A DNA stretch of 64,000 nt from the human T2T-CHM13v2.0 reference genome, Homo sapiens, in assembly GCF_009914755.1 (NCBI RefSeq), contig NC_060928.1; one strand, given 5' to 3'. The notes under the pieces were generated by a model. It was not told the origin of the DNA and did no database searches. It saw only the letters and a list, made by a program, of their open reading frames with translations. The position numbers were made by a program, and so were the translations under genes. Within the stretch, counting starts at the first letter, position 1; the number at the start of each line of letters is the position of its first letter. Shown piece after piece: positions 26,401 to 39,243 of this stretch.

Positions 26401-29400
26401 TTTGTAGGATCTGCAGGTGGATATTTGGATAGATTTTAAGATTTCGTTGGAAACGGGAGTTTCTTCATAGAAACTCAAGACAGATGCATTCTCAGAAACA
26501 TCTCTGTGATGTTTGCATTCCACTCATAGAGTTGAAAACTTCCTTTCATAGAGCAGGTTTGAAACACTCTTTTTGTAATATTTGGAAGTGGACATTTGCA
26601 GCGCTTTGAGGCCTATGGTGAAAAAGGAAATATCTTCTCATAAAAACCAGAAACAAGCATTCTCAGAAACTTCTTTTTGATGTGTGTACTCAAGTAACAG
26701 AGTTGAACCTTCCTTTTGACACAGCAGTTTTGAAACAATCTTTTTGTAGAATCTGCAAGTGGATATTTGGATAGCTTTGAGGATTTCGTTGGAAACGGGA
26801 TATCTTCATATAAAATCTAGACAGAAGCATTCTCAGAAACTTCTTTGTGCTGTATGTCCTCAATTAACAGAGTTGAACCATTGCTTGGATACAGCATTTT
26901 GGAAACATTCCTTGAGTAGAATCTGCAAGTTGATATTTAGATAGATTTGAAGATTTCGTTGGAAAAGGGAATATCTCCATATAAAATCTAGAGGGAAGCA
27001 TTCTCAGAAACTGCTTTGTGATGTTTCCATTCAAGTCACAGAGTTGAATATTCCCTTTTATAGAGCACGTTTGAAACACTCTTTCTGCACTATCTGGAAG
27101 TGGACATTTCGAGCGCTTTGAGGCCTATGGTGAAAAAGGAAATATCTTCCCATAAAAACTAGACAGAAGCATTCTCAGAAACTTGTTTGTGATGTGTGTA
27201 TTCAACTAACAGAGTTGAACTTTTGTTTTTACAGAGCCGTTTTAAAACACTCTTTTTGTGGAATCAGAAAGTGGATATTCGGATGGCTCTGAGGATTTCG
27301 TTGGAAGCGGGATTACATATAAAATCTAGAGAGAAGCATTCTCAGGAACTTCTTTGTGATGTTTGCATTGAAGTCACAGAATTGAACATTCACTTTGATA
27401 GAGCAGGTTTGAAACACTCATTCTGTAGTATCTGGAAGTGGACATTTCAAGCGCTTTCAGGCCTATGGTGAGAAAGGAAATATCTTCGAATAAAAACTAG
27501 ACAGAAGCATCCTCAGAAACTTATTTGTGATGTGTGTCCTCAACTAACAGAGTTGAAACTTTGTTTTGATACAGCATTTTGGAAACACTCTTTTTGTAGA
27601 ATCTGCAGGTGGATATTTGGATAGCTTAGAGGGATTCGTTGGAAAGGGGATATCTTCATAAAAAATCTAGACAGAAGCATTCTCAGAAACTTATTTGTGA
27701 TGTGTGTCCTCAACTAACAGAGTTGAACCTTGGTTTTGATACAGCATTTTGGAAACACTCCTTTTGTAGAATCTGCAGGTGGATATGTGGATAGCTCTGA
27801 AGATTTCGTTGGAAACGGGAATTTCTTCATATAAAATCAAACAGAAGCATTCTCAGAAACTTCTCAGTGATGTTTGCATTCAGCTCATGGAGTTGAACAC
27901 TTCCTTTCATAGAGCCGGTTTGAAACACTCTTTCTGCACTACCTGGAAGAGGACATTTCGAGCGCTTTGAGTCCTATGGTGAAAAAGGAAATATCTTCTC
28001 ATAAAAACCAGAAAGAAGCATTCTCAGAAACTTCTTTGTGTTGTGTGTACTCATGTAACAGTGTTGAACCATCCTTTTGACAGAGCAGTTTTGAAACACT
28101 CTTTTTGTAGAATCTGCAAGTGGATATTTGGATAGCTTTGAGGATTTCGTTGGAAACGGGATGACATATAATATCTAGAGAGAAGCATTCTCAGGAACTT
28201 CTTTGTGATGTTTGCATTCAAGTCACAGAATTGAACATTCCCTTTCATAGAGCAGGTTTGAAACACTCTTTCTCTAGTATCTGGAAGTGGGCATTTCAAG
28301 CGCTTTCAGGCCTATGGAGAGAAAGGAAATACCTTCAAATAAAAACTAGACAGAAGCATTCTCAGAAACTTATTTGTGATGTGTGTCCTCAACTAACAGA
28401 GTTGAACCTTTGTTTTGATACAGCATTTTGGAAACACTCCTTTTGTAGAATCTGCAGGTGGATATTTGGATAACTTTGAAGATTTCGTTGGAAACCGGAA
28501 TATCTTCATATAAAATCAAGACAGAAGCATTCTCGGAAACATCTCTGTGATGTTTGCATTCAACTCAGTAGAGTTGAACACTTCCTTTCATAGAGCCGGT
28601 TTGAAACACTCTTTCTGCACTACCTGGAAGCGGACATTTCGAGCGCTTTGAGGCCTATGGTGAAAAAGGAAATATCTTCTCATAAAAACCAGAAAGAAGC
28701 ATTCTCAGAAACTTCTTTGTGTTGTGTGTACTCAAGTAACAGTGTTGAACCTTCCTTTTGACACAGCAGTTTTGAAACACTCTTTTGGTAGAATCTGCAA
28801 GTGGATATTTGGATAGCTTTGAGGATTTCGTTGGAAACGGGTTATCTTCATATAAAATCCAGACAGGAGCATTCTCAGAAACTTCTTTGTGCTGCATGTC
28901 CTCAATTCACAGAGCTGAACCTTTGTTTGGATACAGCATTTTGGAAACATTCCTTTAGTAGAATCTGCAAGTTGATATTTAGATAGCTTTGAAGATTTCG
29001 TTGGAAACGGGAATATCTTCATAGAAAATCTAGACGGAAGCATTCTCAGAAACTGCTTTGTGATGTTTGCATTCAAGTCACAGAGTTGAATATTCCCTTT
29101 TATAGAGTAGGTTTGAAACACTCTTTTGGCACTACCTGGAAGTGGATATTTCGAGCTCTTTGAGGCCTATGGTTAAAAGGAAATATCTTCCCATAAAAAC
29201 TAGACAGAAGCCGTCTCAGAAACTTGTTTGTGATGTGTGTATTCAACTAACAGAGTTGAACATTTCTGTTACAGAGCAATTTTAAAACACTCTTTTTGTG
29301 GAATCTGAAAGTGGATAATTGGATAGCTTTGTGGATTTCGTTGGAAACGGGATGATGTATAAAATCTAGAGAGAAGCATTCTCAGGAACTTCTTTCTGAT

Positions 29401-29887
29401 GTTTGCATTCAAGTCACAGAATTGAACATTCCTTTTCATAGTGCAGGTTTGAAACACTCTTTCTGTAGTATCTGGAAGTGGACATTTCAAGCGCTTTCAG
29501 GCCTACGGGGAGAAAGGAAATATCTTCAAATAAAAACTAGACAGAAGGATTCTCAGAAACTTATTTGTGATGTGTGTCCTAAACGAACACAGTTGAACCT
29601 TTGTTTTGATACAGCATTTTGGAAACACTCCTTTTGTAGGATCTGCAGGTGGATATTTGGATAGATTTTAAGATTTCGTTGGAAACGGGAGTTTCTTCAT
29701 AGAAACTCAAGACAGATGCATTCTCAGAAACATCTCTGTGATGTTTGCATTCCACTCATAGAGTTGAAAACTTCCTTTCATAGAGCAGGTTTGAAACACT
29801 CTTTTTGTAATATTTGGAAGTGGACATTTGCAGCGCTTTGAGGCCTATGGTGAAAAAGGAAATATCTTCTCATAAAAACCAGAAACA
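23424..29887 (+). repeat. HOR units 9-10: two 19-mers
   Basis: Periods 3232 and 3232; unit starts 23424, 26656. Confidence 0.95.
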
Positions 29888-32800
29888 AGCATTCTCAGAA
29901 ACTTCTTTTTGATGTGTGTACTCAAGTAACAGAGTTGAACCTTCCTTTTGACACAGCAGTTTTGAAACAATCTTTTTGTAGAATCTGCAAGTGGACATTT
30001 GGATAGCTTTGAGGATTTCGTTGGAAACGGGATATCTTCATATAAAATCTAGACAGAAGCATTCTCAGAAACTTCTTTGTGCTGTATGTCCTCAATTAAC
30101 AGAGTTGAACCATTGCTTGGATACAGCATTTTGGAAACATTCCTTGAGTAGAATCTGCAAGTTGATATTTAGATAGATTTGAAGATTTCGTTGGAAAAGG
30201 GAATATCTCCATATAAAATCTAGAGGGAAGCATTCTCAGAAACTGCTTTGTGATGTTTCCATTCAAGTCACAGAGTTGAATATTCCCTTTTATAGAGCAC
30301 GTTTGAAACACTCTTTCTGCACTATCTGGAAGTGGACATTTCGAGCGCTTTGAGGCCTATGGTGAAAAAGGAAATATCTTCCCATAAAAAGTAGACAGAA
30401 GCATTCTCAGAAACTTGTTTGTGATGTGTGTATTCAACTAACAGAGTTGAACTTTTGTTTTTACAGAGCCGTTTTAAAACACTCTTTTTGTGGAATCAGA
30501 AAGTGGATATTCGGATGGCTCTGAGGATTTCGTTGGAAGCGGGATTACATATAAAATCTAGAGAGAAGCATTCTCAGGAACTTCTTTGTGATGTTTGCAT
30601 TGAAGTCACAGAATTGAACATTCACTTTGATAGAGCAGGTTTGAAACACTCATTCTGTAGTATCTGGAAGTGGACATTTCAAGCGCTTTCAGGCCTATGG
30701 TGAAAAAGGAAATATCTTCGAATAAAAACTAGACAGAAGCATCCTCAGAAACTTATTTGTGATGTGTGTCCTCAACTAACAGAGTTGAAACTTTGTTTTG
30801 ATACAGCATTTTGGAAACACTCCTTTTGTAGAATCTGCAGGTGGATATGTGGATAGCTCTGAAGATTTCGTTGGAAACGGGAATTTCTTCATATAAAATC
30901 GAACAGAAGCATTCTCAGAAACTTCTCAGTGATGTTTGCATTCAGCTCATGGAGTTGAACACTTCCTTTCATAGAGCCGGTTTGAAACACTCTTTCTGCA
31001 CTACCTGGAAGAGGACATTTCGAGCGCTTTGAGTCCTATGGTGAAAAAGGAAATATCTTCTCATAAAAACCAGAAAGAAGCATTCTCAGAAACTTCTTTG
31101 TGTTGTGTGTACTCATGTAACAGTGTTGAACCATCCTTTTGACAGAGCAGTTTTGAAACACTCTTTTTGTAGAATCTGCAAGTGGATATTTGGATAGCTT
31201 TGAGGATTTCGTTGGAAACGGGATGACATATAATATCTAGAGAGAAGCATTCTCAGGAACTTCTTTGTGATGTTTGCGTTCAAGTCACAGAATTGAACAT
31301 TCCCTTTCATAGAGCAGATTTGAAACACTCTTTCTCTAGTATCTGGAAGTGGGCATTTCAAGCGCTTTCAGGCCTATTGAGAGAAAGGAAATACCTTCAA
31401 ATAAAAACTAGACAGAAGCATTCTCAGAAACTTATTTGTGATGTGTGTCCTCAACTAACAGAGTTGAACCTTTGTTTTGATACAGCATTTTGGAAACACT
31501 CCTTTTGTAGAATCTGCAGGTGGATATTTGGATAGCTTTGAAGATTTCGTTGGAAACCGGAATATCTTCATATAAAATCAAGACAGAAGCATTCTCGGAA
31601 ACATCTCTGTGATGTTTGCATTCAACTCAGTAGAGTTGAACACTTCCTTTCATAGAGCAGGTTTGAAACACTCTTTCTGCACTACCTGGAAGCGGACATT
31701 TCGAGCGCTTTGAGGCCTATGGTGAAAAAGGAAATATCTTTTCATAAAAACCAGAAAGAAGCATTCTCAGAAACTTCTTTGTGTTGTGTGTACTCAAGTA
31801 ACAGTGTTGAACCTTCCTTTTGACACAGCAGTTTTGAAACACTCTTTTGGTAGAATCTGCAAGTGGATATTTGGATAGCTTTGAGGATTTCGTTGGAAAC
31901 GGGTTATCTTCATATAAAATCCAGACAGGAGCATTCTCAGAAACTTCTTTGTGCTGCATGTCCTCAATTCACAGAGCTGAACCTTTGTTTGGATACAGCA
32001 TTTTGGAAACATTCCTTTAGTAGAATCTGCAAGTTGATATTTAGATAGCTTTGAAGATTTCGTTGGAAACGGGAATATCTTCATAGAAAATCTAGACGGA
32101 AGCATTCTCAGAAACTGCTTTGTGATGTTTGCATTCAAGTCACTGAGTTGAATATTCCCTTTTATAGAGTAGGTTTGAAACACTCTTTCGGCACTACCTG
32201 GAAGTGGATATTTCGAGCTCTTTGAGGCCTATGGTTAAAAGGAAATATCTTCCCATAAAAACTAGACAGAAGCCGTCTCAGAAACTTGTTTGTGATGTGT
32301 GTATTCAACTACCAGAGTTGAACATTTCTGTTACAGAGCAATTTTAAAACACTCTTTTTGTGGAATCTGAAAGTGGATAATTGGATAGCTTTGTGGATTT
32401 CGTTGGAAACGGGATGACGTATAAAATCTAGAGAGAAGCATTCTCAGGAACTTCTTTCTGATGTTTGCATTCAAGTCACAGAATTGAACATTCCTTTTCA
32501 TAGTGCAGGTTTGAAACACTCTTTCTGTAGTATCTGGAAGTGGACATTTCAAGCGCTTTCAGGCCTACGGGGAGAAAGGAAATATCTTCAAATAAAAACT
32601 AGATAGAAGGATTCTCAGAAACTTATTTGTGATGTGTGTCCTAAACGAACACAGTTGAACCTTTGTTTTGATACAGCATTTTGGAAACACTCCTTTTGTA
32701 GGATCTGCAGGTGGATATTTGGATAGATTTTAAGATTTCGTTGGAAACGGGAGTTTCTTCATAGAAACTCAAGACAGATGCATTCTCAGAAACATCTCTG

Positions 32801-32949
32801 TGATGTTTGCATTCCACTCATAGAGTTGAAAACTTCCTTTCATAGAGCAGGTTTGAAACACTCTTTTTGTAATATTTGGAAGTGGACATTTGCAGCGCTT
32901 TGAGGCCTATGGTGAAAAAGGAAATATCTTCTCATAAAAACCAGAAACA
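29888..32949 (+). repeat. HOR unit 11: 18-mer variant (3062 bp; m6/m7 hybrid)
   Basis: Period 3062 = 3232-170. m6 5' part (AGCATCCTC, GAAACTTTG) is joined to m7 3' part (CACTCCTTTT, GGATATGTGG) within ~30796-30822. Confidence 0.93.
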
Positions 32950-35900
32950 AGCATTCTCAGAAACTTCTTTTTGATGTGTGTACTCAAGTAACAGAGTTGA
33001 ACCTTCCTTTTGACACAGCAGTTTTGAAACAATCTTTTTGTAGAATCTGCAAGTGGATATTTGGATAGCTTTGAGGATTTCGTTGGAAACGGGATATCTT
33101 CATATAAAATCTAGACAGAAGCATTCTCAGAAACTTCTTTGTGCTGTATGTCCTCAATTAACAGAGTTGAACCATTGCTTGGATACAGCATTTTGGAAAC
33201 ATTCCTTGAGTAGAATCTGCAAGTTGATATTTAGATAGATTTGAAGATTTCGTTGGAAAAGGGAATATCTCCATATAAAATCTAGAGGGAAGCATTCTCA
33301 GAAACTGCTTTGTGATGTTTCCATTCAAGTCACAGAGTTGAATATTCCCTTTTATAGAGCACGTTTGAAACACTCTTTCTGCACTATCTGGAAGTGGACA
33401 TTTCGAGCGCTTTGAGGCCTATGGTGAAAAAGGAAATATCTTCCCATAAAAACTAGACAGAAGCATTCTCAGAAACTTGTTTGTGATGTGTGTATTCAAC
33501 TAACAGAGTTGAACTTTTGTTTTTACAGAGCCGTTTTAAAACACTCTTTTTGTGGAATCAGAAAGTGGATATTCGGATGGCTCTGAGGATTTCGTTGGAA
33601 GCGGGATTACATATAAAATCTAGAGAGAAGCATTCTCAGGAACTTCTTTGTGATGTTTGCATTGAAGTCACAGAATTGAACATTCACTTTGATAGAGCAG
33701 GTTTGAAACACTCATTCTGTAGTATCTGGAAGTGGACATTTCAAGCGCTTTCAGGCCTATGGTGAGAAAGGAAATATCTTCGAATAAAAACTAGACAGAA
33801 GCATCCTCAGAAACTTATTTGTGATGTGTGTCCTCAACTAACAGAGTTGAAATTTTGTTTTGATACAGCATTTTGGAAACACTCTTTTTGTAGAATCTGC
33901 AGGTGGATATTTGGATAGCTTAGAGGGATTCGTTGGAAAGGGGATATCTTCATAAAAAATCTAGACAGAAGCATTCTCAGAAACTTATTTGTGATGTGTG
34001 TCCTCAACTAACAGAGTTGAACCTTGGTTTTGATACAGCATTTTGGAAACACTCCTTTTGTAGAATCTGCAGGTGGATATGTGGATAGCTCTGAAGATTT
34101 CGTTGGAAACGGGAATTTCTTCATATAAAATCAAACAGAAGCATTCTCAGAAACTTCTCAGTGATGTTTGCATTCAGCTCATGGAGTTGAACACTTCCTT
34201 TCATAGAGCCGGTTTGAAACACTCTTTCTGCACTACCTGGAAGAGGACATTTCGAGCGCTTTGAGTCCTATGGTGAAAAAGGAAATATCTTCTCATAAAA
34301 ACCAGAAAGAAGCATTCTCAGAAACTTCTTTGTGTTGTGTGTACTCATGTAACAGTGTTGAACCATCCTTTTGACAGAGCAGTTTTGAAACACTCTTTTT
34401 GTAGAATCTGCAAGTGGATATTTGGATAGCTTTGAGGATTTCGTTGGAAACGGGATGACATATAATATCTAGAGAGAAGCATTCTCAGGAACTTCTTTGT
34501 GATGTTTGCATTCAAGTCACAGAATTGAACATTCCCTTTCATAGAGCAGGTTTGAAACACTCTTTATCTAGTATCTGGAAGTGGGCATTTCAAGCGCTTT
34601 CAGGCCTATGGAGAGAAAGGAAATACCTTCAAATAAAAACTAGACAGAAGCATTCTCAGAAACTTATTTGTGATGTGTGTCCTCAACTAACAGAGTTGAA
34701 CCTTTGTTTTGATACAGCATTTTGGAAACACTCCTTTTGTAGAATCTGCAGGTGGATATTTGGATAACTTTGAAGATTTCGTTGGAAACCGGAATATCTT
34801 CATATAAAATCAAGACAGAAGCATTCTCGGAAACATCTCTGTGATGTTTGCATTCAACTCAGTAGAGTTGAACACTTCCTTTCATAGAGCCGGTTTGAAA
34901 CACTCTTTCTGCACTACCTGGAAGCGGACATTTCGAGCGCTTTGAGGCCTATGGTGAAAAAGGAAATATCTTCTCATAAAAACCAGAAAGAAGCATTCTC
35001 AGAAACTTCTTTGTGTTGTGTGTACTCAAGTAACAGTGTTGAACCTTCCTTTTGACACAGCAGTTTTGAAACACTCTTTTGGTAGAATCTGCAAGTGGAT
35101 ATTTGGATAGCTTTGAGGATTTCGTTGGAAACGGGTTATCTTCATATAAAATCCAGACAGGAGCATTCTCAGAAACTTCTTTGTGCTGCATGTCCTCAAT
35201 TCACAGAGCTGAACCTTTGTTTGGATACAGCATTTTGGAAACATTCCTTTAGTAGAATCTGCAAGTTGATATTTAGATAGCTTTGAAGATTTCGTTGGAA
35301 ACGGGAATATCTTCATAGAAAATCTAGACGGAAGCATTCTCAGAAACTGCTTTGTGATGTTTGCATTCAAGTCACAGAGTTGAATATTCCCTTTTATAGA
35401 GTAGGTTTGAAACACTCTTTTGGCACTACCTGGAAGTGGATATTTCGAGCTCTTTGAGGCCTATGGTTAAAAGGAAATATCTTCCCATAAAAACTAGACA
35501 GAAGCCGTCTCAGAAACTTGTTTGTGATGTGTGTATTCAACTAACAGAGTTGAACATTTCTGTTACAGAGCAATTTTCAAACACTCTTTTTGTGGAATCT
35601 GAAAGTGGATAATTGGATAGCTTTGTGGATTTCGTTGGAAACGGGATGATGTATAAAATCTAGAGAGAAGCATTCTCAGGAACTTCTTTCTGATGTTTGC
35701 ATTCAAGTCACAGAATTGAACATTCCTTTTCATAGTGCAGGTTTGAAACACTCTTTCTGTAGTATCTGGAAGTGGACATTTCAAGTGCTTTCAGGCCTAC
35801 GGAGAGAAAGGAAATATCTTCAAATAAAAACTAGACAGAAGGATTCTCAGAAACTTATTTGTGATGTGTGTCCTAAACGAACACAGTTGAACCTTTGTTT

Positions 35901-36181
35901 TGATACAGCATTTTGGAAACACTCCTTTTGTAGGATCTGCAGGTGGATATTTGGATAGATTTTAAGATTTCGTTGGAAACGGGAGTTTCTTCATAGAAAC
36001 TCAAGACAGATGCATTCTCAGAAACATCTCTGTGATGTTTGCATTCCACTCATAGAGTTGAAAACTTCCTTTCATAGAGCAGGTTTGAAACACTCTTTTT
36101 GTAATATTTGGAAGTGGACATTTGCAGCGCTTTGAGGCCTATGGTGAAAAAGGAAATATCTTCTCATAAAAACCAGAAACA
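32950..36181 (+). repeat. HOR unit 12: 19-mer
   Basis: Period 3232. Confidence 0.95.
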
Positions 36182-39100
36182 AGCATTCTCAGAAACTTCT
36201 TTTTGATGTGTGTACTCAAGTAACAGAGTTGAACCTTCCTTTTGACACAGCAGTTTTGAAACAATCTTTTTGTAGAATCTGCAAGTGGATATTTGGATAG
36301 CTTTGAGGATTTCGTTGGAAACGGGATATCTTCATATAAAATCTAGACAGAAGCATTCTCAGAAACTTCTTTGTGCTGTATGTCCTCAATTAACAGAGTT
36401 GAACCATTGCTTGGATACAGCATTTTGGAAACATTCCTTGAGTAGAATCTGCAAGTTGATATTTAGATAGATTTGAAGATTTCGTTGGAAAAGGGAATAT
36501 CTCCATATAAAATCTAGAGGGAAGCATTCTCAGAAACTGCTTTGTGATGTTTCCATTCAAGTCACAGAGTTGAATATTCCCTTTTATAGAGCACGTTTGA
36601 AACACTCTTTCTGCACTATCTGGAAGTGGACATTTCGAGCGCTTTGAGGCCTATGGTGAAAAAGGAAATATCTTCCCATAAAAACTAGACAGAAGCATTC
36701 TCAGAAACTTGTTTCTGATGTGTGTATTCAACTAACAGAGTTGAACTTTTGTTTTTACAGAGCCGTTTTAAAACACTCTTTTTGTGGAATCAGAAAGTGG
36801 ATATTCGGATGGCTCTGAGGATTTCGTTGGAAGCGGGATTACATATAAAATCTAGAGAGAAGCATTCTCAGGAACTTCTTTGTGATGTTTGCATTGAAGT
36901 CACAGAATTGAACATTCACTTTGATAGAGCAGGTTTGAAACACTCATTCTGTAGTATCTGGAAGTGGACATTTCAAGCGCTTTCAGGCCTATGGTGAAAA
37001 AGGAAATATCTTCGAATAAAAACTAGACAGAAGCATCCTCAGAAACTTATTTGTGATGTGTGTCCTCAACTAACAGAGTTGAAACTTTGTTTTGATACAG
37101 CATTTTGGAAACACTCCTTTTGTAGAATCTGCAGGTGGATATGTGGATAGCTCTGAAGATTTCGTTGGAAACGGGAATTTCTTCATATAAAATCAAACAG
37201 AAGCATTCTCAGAAACTTCTCAGTGATGTTTGCATTCAGCTCATGGAGTTGAACACTTCCTTTCATAGAGCCGGTTTGAAACACTCTTTCTGCACTACCT
37301 GGAAGAGGACATTTCGAGCGCTTTGAGTCCTATGGTGAAAAAGGAAATATCTTCTCATAAAAACCAGAAAGAAGCATTCTCAGAAACTTCTTTGTGTTGT
37401 GTGTACTCATGTAACAGTGTTGAACCATCCTTTTGACAGAGCAGTTTTGAAACACTCTTTTTGTAGAATCTGCAAGTGGATATTTGGATACCTTTGAGGA
37501 TTTCGTTGGAAACGGGATGACATATAATATCTAGAGAGAAGCATTCTCAGGAACTTCTTTGTGATGTTTGCGTTCAAGTCACAGAATTGAACATTCCCTT
37601 TCATAGAGCAGATTTGAAACACTCTTTCTCTAGTATCTGGAAGTGGGCATTTCAAGCGCTTTCAGGCCTATTGAGAGAAAGGAAATACCTTCAAATAAAA
37701 ACTAGACAGAAGCATTCTCAGAAACTTATTTGTGATGTGTGTCCTCAACTAACAGAGTTGAACCTTTGTTTTGATACAGCATTTTGGAAACACTCCTTTT
37801 GTAGAATCTGCAGGTGGATATTTGGATAGCTTTGAAGATTTCGTTGGAAACCGGAATATCTTCATATAAAATCAAGACAGAAGCATTCTCGGAAACATCT
37901 CTGTGATGTTTGCATTCAACTCAGTAGAGTTGAACACTTCCTTTCATAGAGCAGGTTTGAAACACTCTTTCTGCACTACCTGGAAGCGGACATTTCGAGC
38001 GCTTTGAGGCCTATGGTGAAAAAGGAAATATCTTTTCATAAAAACCAGAAAGAAGCATTCTCAGAAACTTCTTTGTGTTGTGTGTACTCAAGTAACAGTG
38101 TTGAACCTTCCTTTTGACACAGCAGTTTTGAAACACTCTTTTGGTAGAATCTGCAAGTGGATATTTGGATAGCTTTGAGGATTTCGTTGGAAACGGGTTA
38201 TCTTCATATAAAATCCAGACAGGAGCATTCTCAGAAACTTCTTTGTGCTGCATGTCCTCAATTCACAGAGCTGAACCTTTGTTTGGATACAGCATTTTGG
38301 AAACATTCCTTTAGTAGAATCTGCAAGTTGATATTTAGATAGCTTTGAAGATTTCGTTGGAAACGGGAATATCTTCATAGAAAATCTAGACGGAAGCATT
38401 CTCAGAAACTGCTTTGTGATGTTTGCATTCAAGTCACTGAGTTGAATATTCCCTTTTATAGAGTAGGTTTGAAACACTCTTTCGGCACTACCTGGAAGTG
38501 GATATTTCGAGCTCTTTGAGGCCTATGGTTAAAAGGAAATATCTTCCCATAAAAACTAGACAGAAGCCGTCTCAGAAACTTGTTTGTGATGTGTGTATTC
38601 AACTACCAGAGTTGAACATTTCTGTTACAGAGCAATTTTAAAACACTCTTTTTGTGGAATCTGAAAGTGGATAATTGGATAGCTTTGTGGATTTCGTTGG
38701 AAACGGGATGACGTATAAAATCTAGAGAGAAGCATTCTCAGGAACTTCTTTCTGATGTTTGCATTCAAGTCACAGAATTGAACATTCCTTTTCATAGTGC
38801 AGGTTTGAAACACTCTTTCTGTAGTATCTGGAAGTGGACATTTCAAGCGCTTTCAGGCCTACGGGGAGAAAGGAAATATCTTCAAATAAAAACTAGATAG
38901 AAGGATTCTCAGAAACTTATTTGTGATGTGTGTCCTAAACGAACACAGTTGAACCTTTGTTTTGATACAGCATTTTGGAAACACTCCTTTTGTAGGATCT
39001 GCAGGTGGATATTTGGATAGATTTTAAGATTTCGTTGGAAACGGGAGTTTCTTCATAGAAACTCAAGACAGATGCATTCTCAGAAACATCTCTGTGATGT

Positions 39101-39243
39101 TTGCATTCCACTCATAGAGTTGAAAACTTCCTTTCATAGAGCAGGTTTGAAACACTCTTTTTGTAATATTTGGAAGTGGACATTTGCAGCGCTTTGAGGC
39201 CTATGGTGAAAAAGGAAATATCTTCTCATAAAAACCAGAAACA
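36182..39243 (+). repeat. HOR unit 13: 18-mer variant
   Basis: Period 3062; m6/m7 junction ~37090-37116. Confidence 0.93.
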
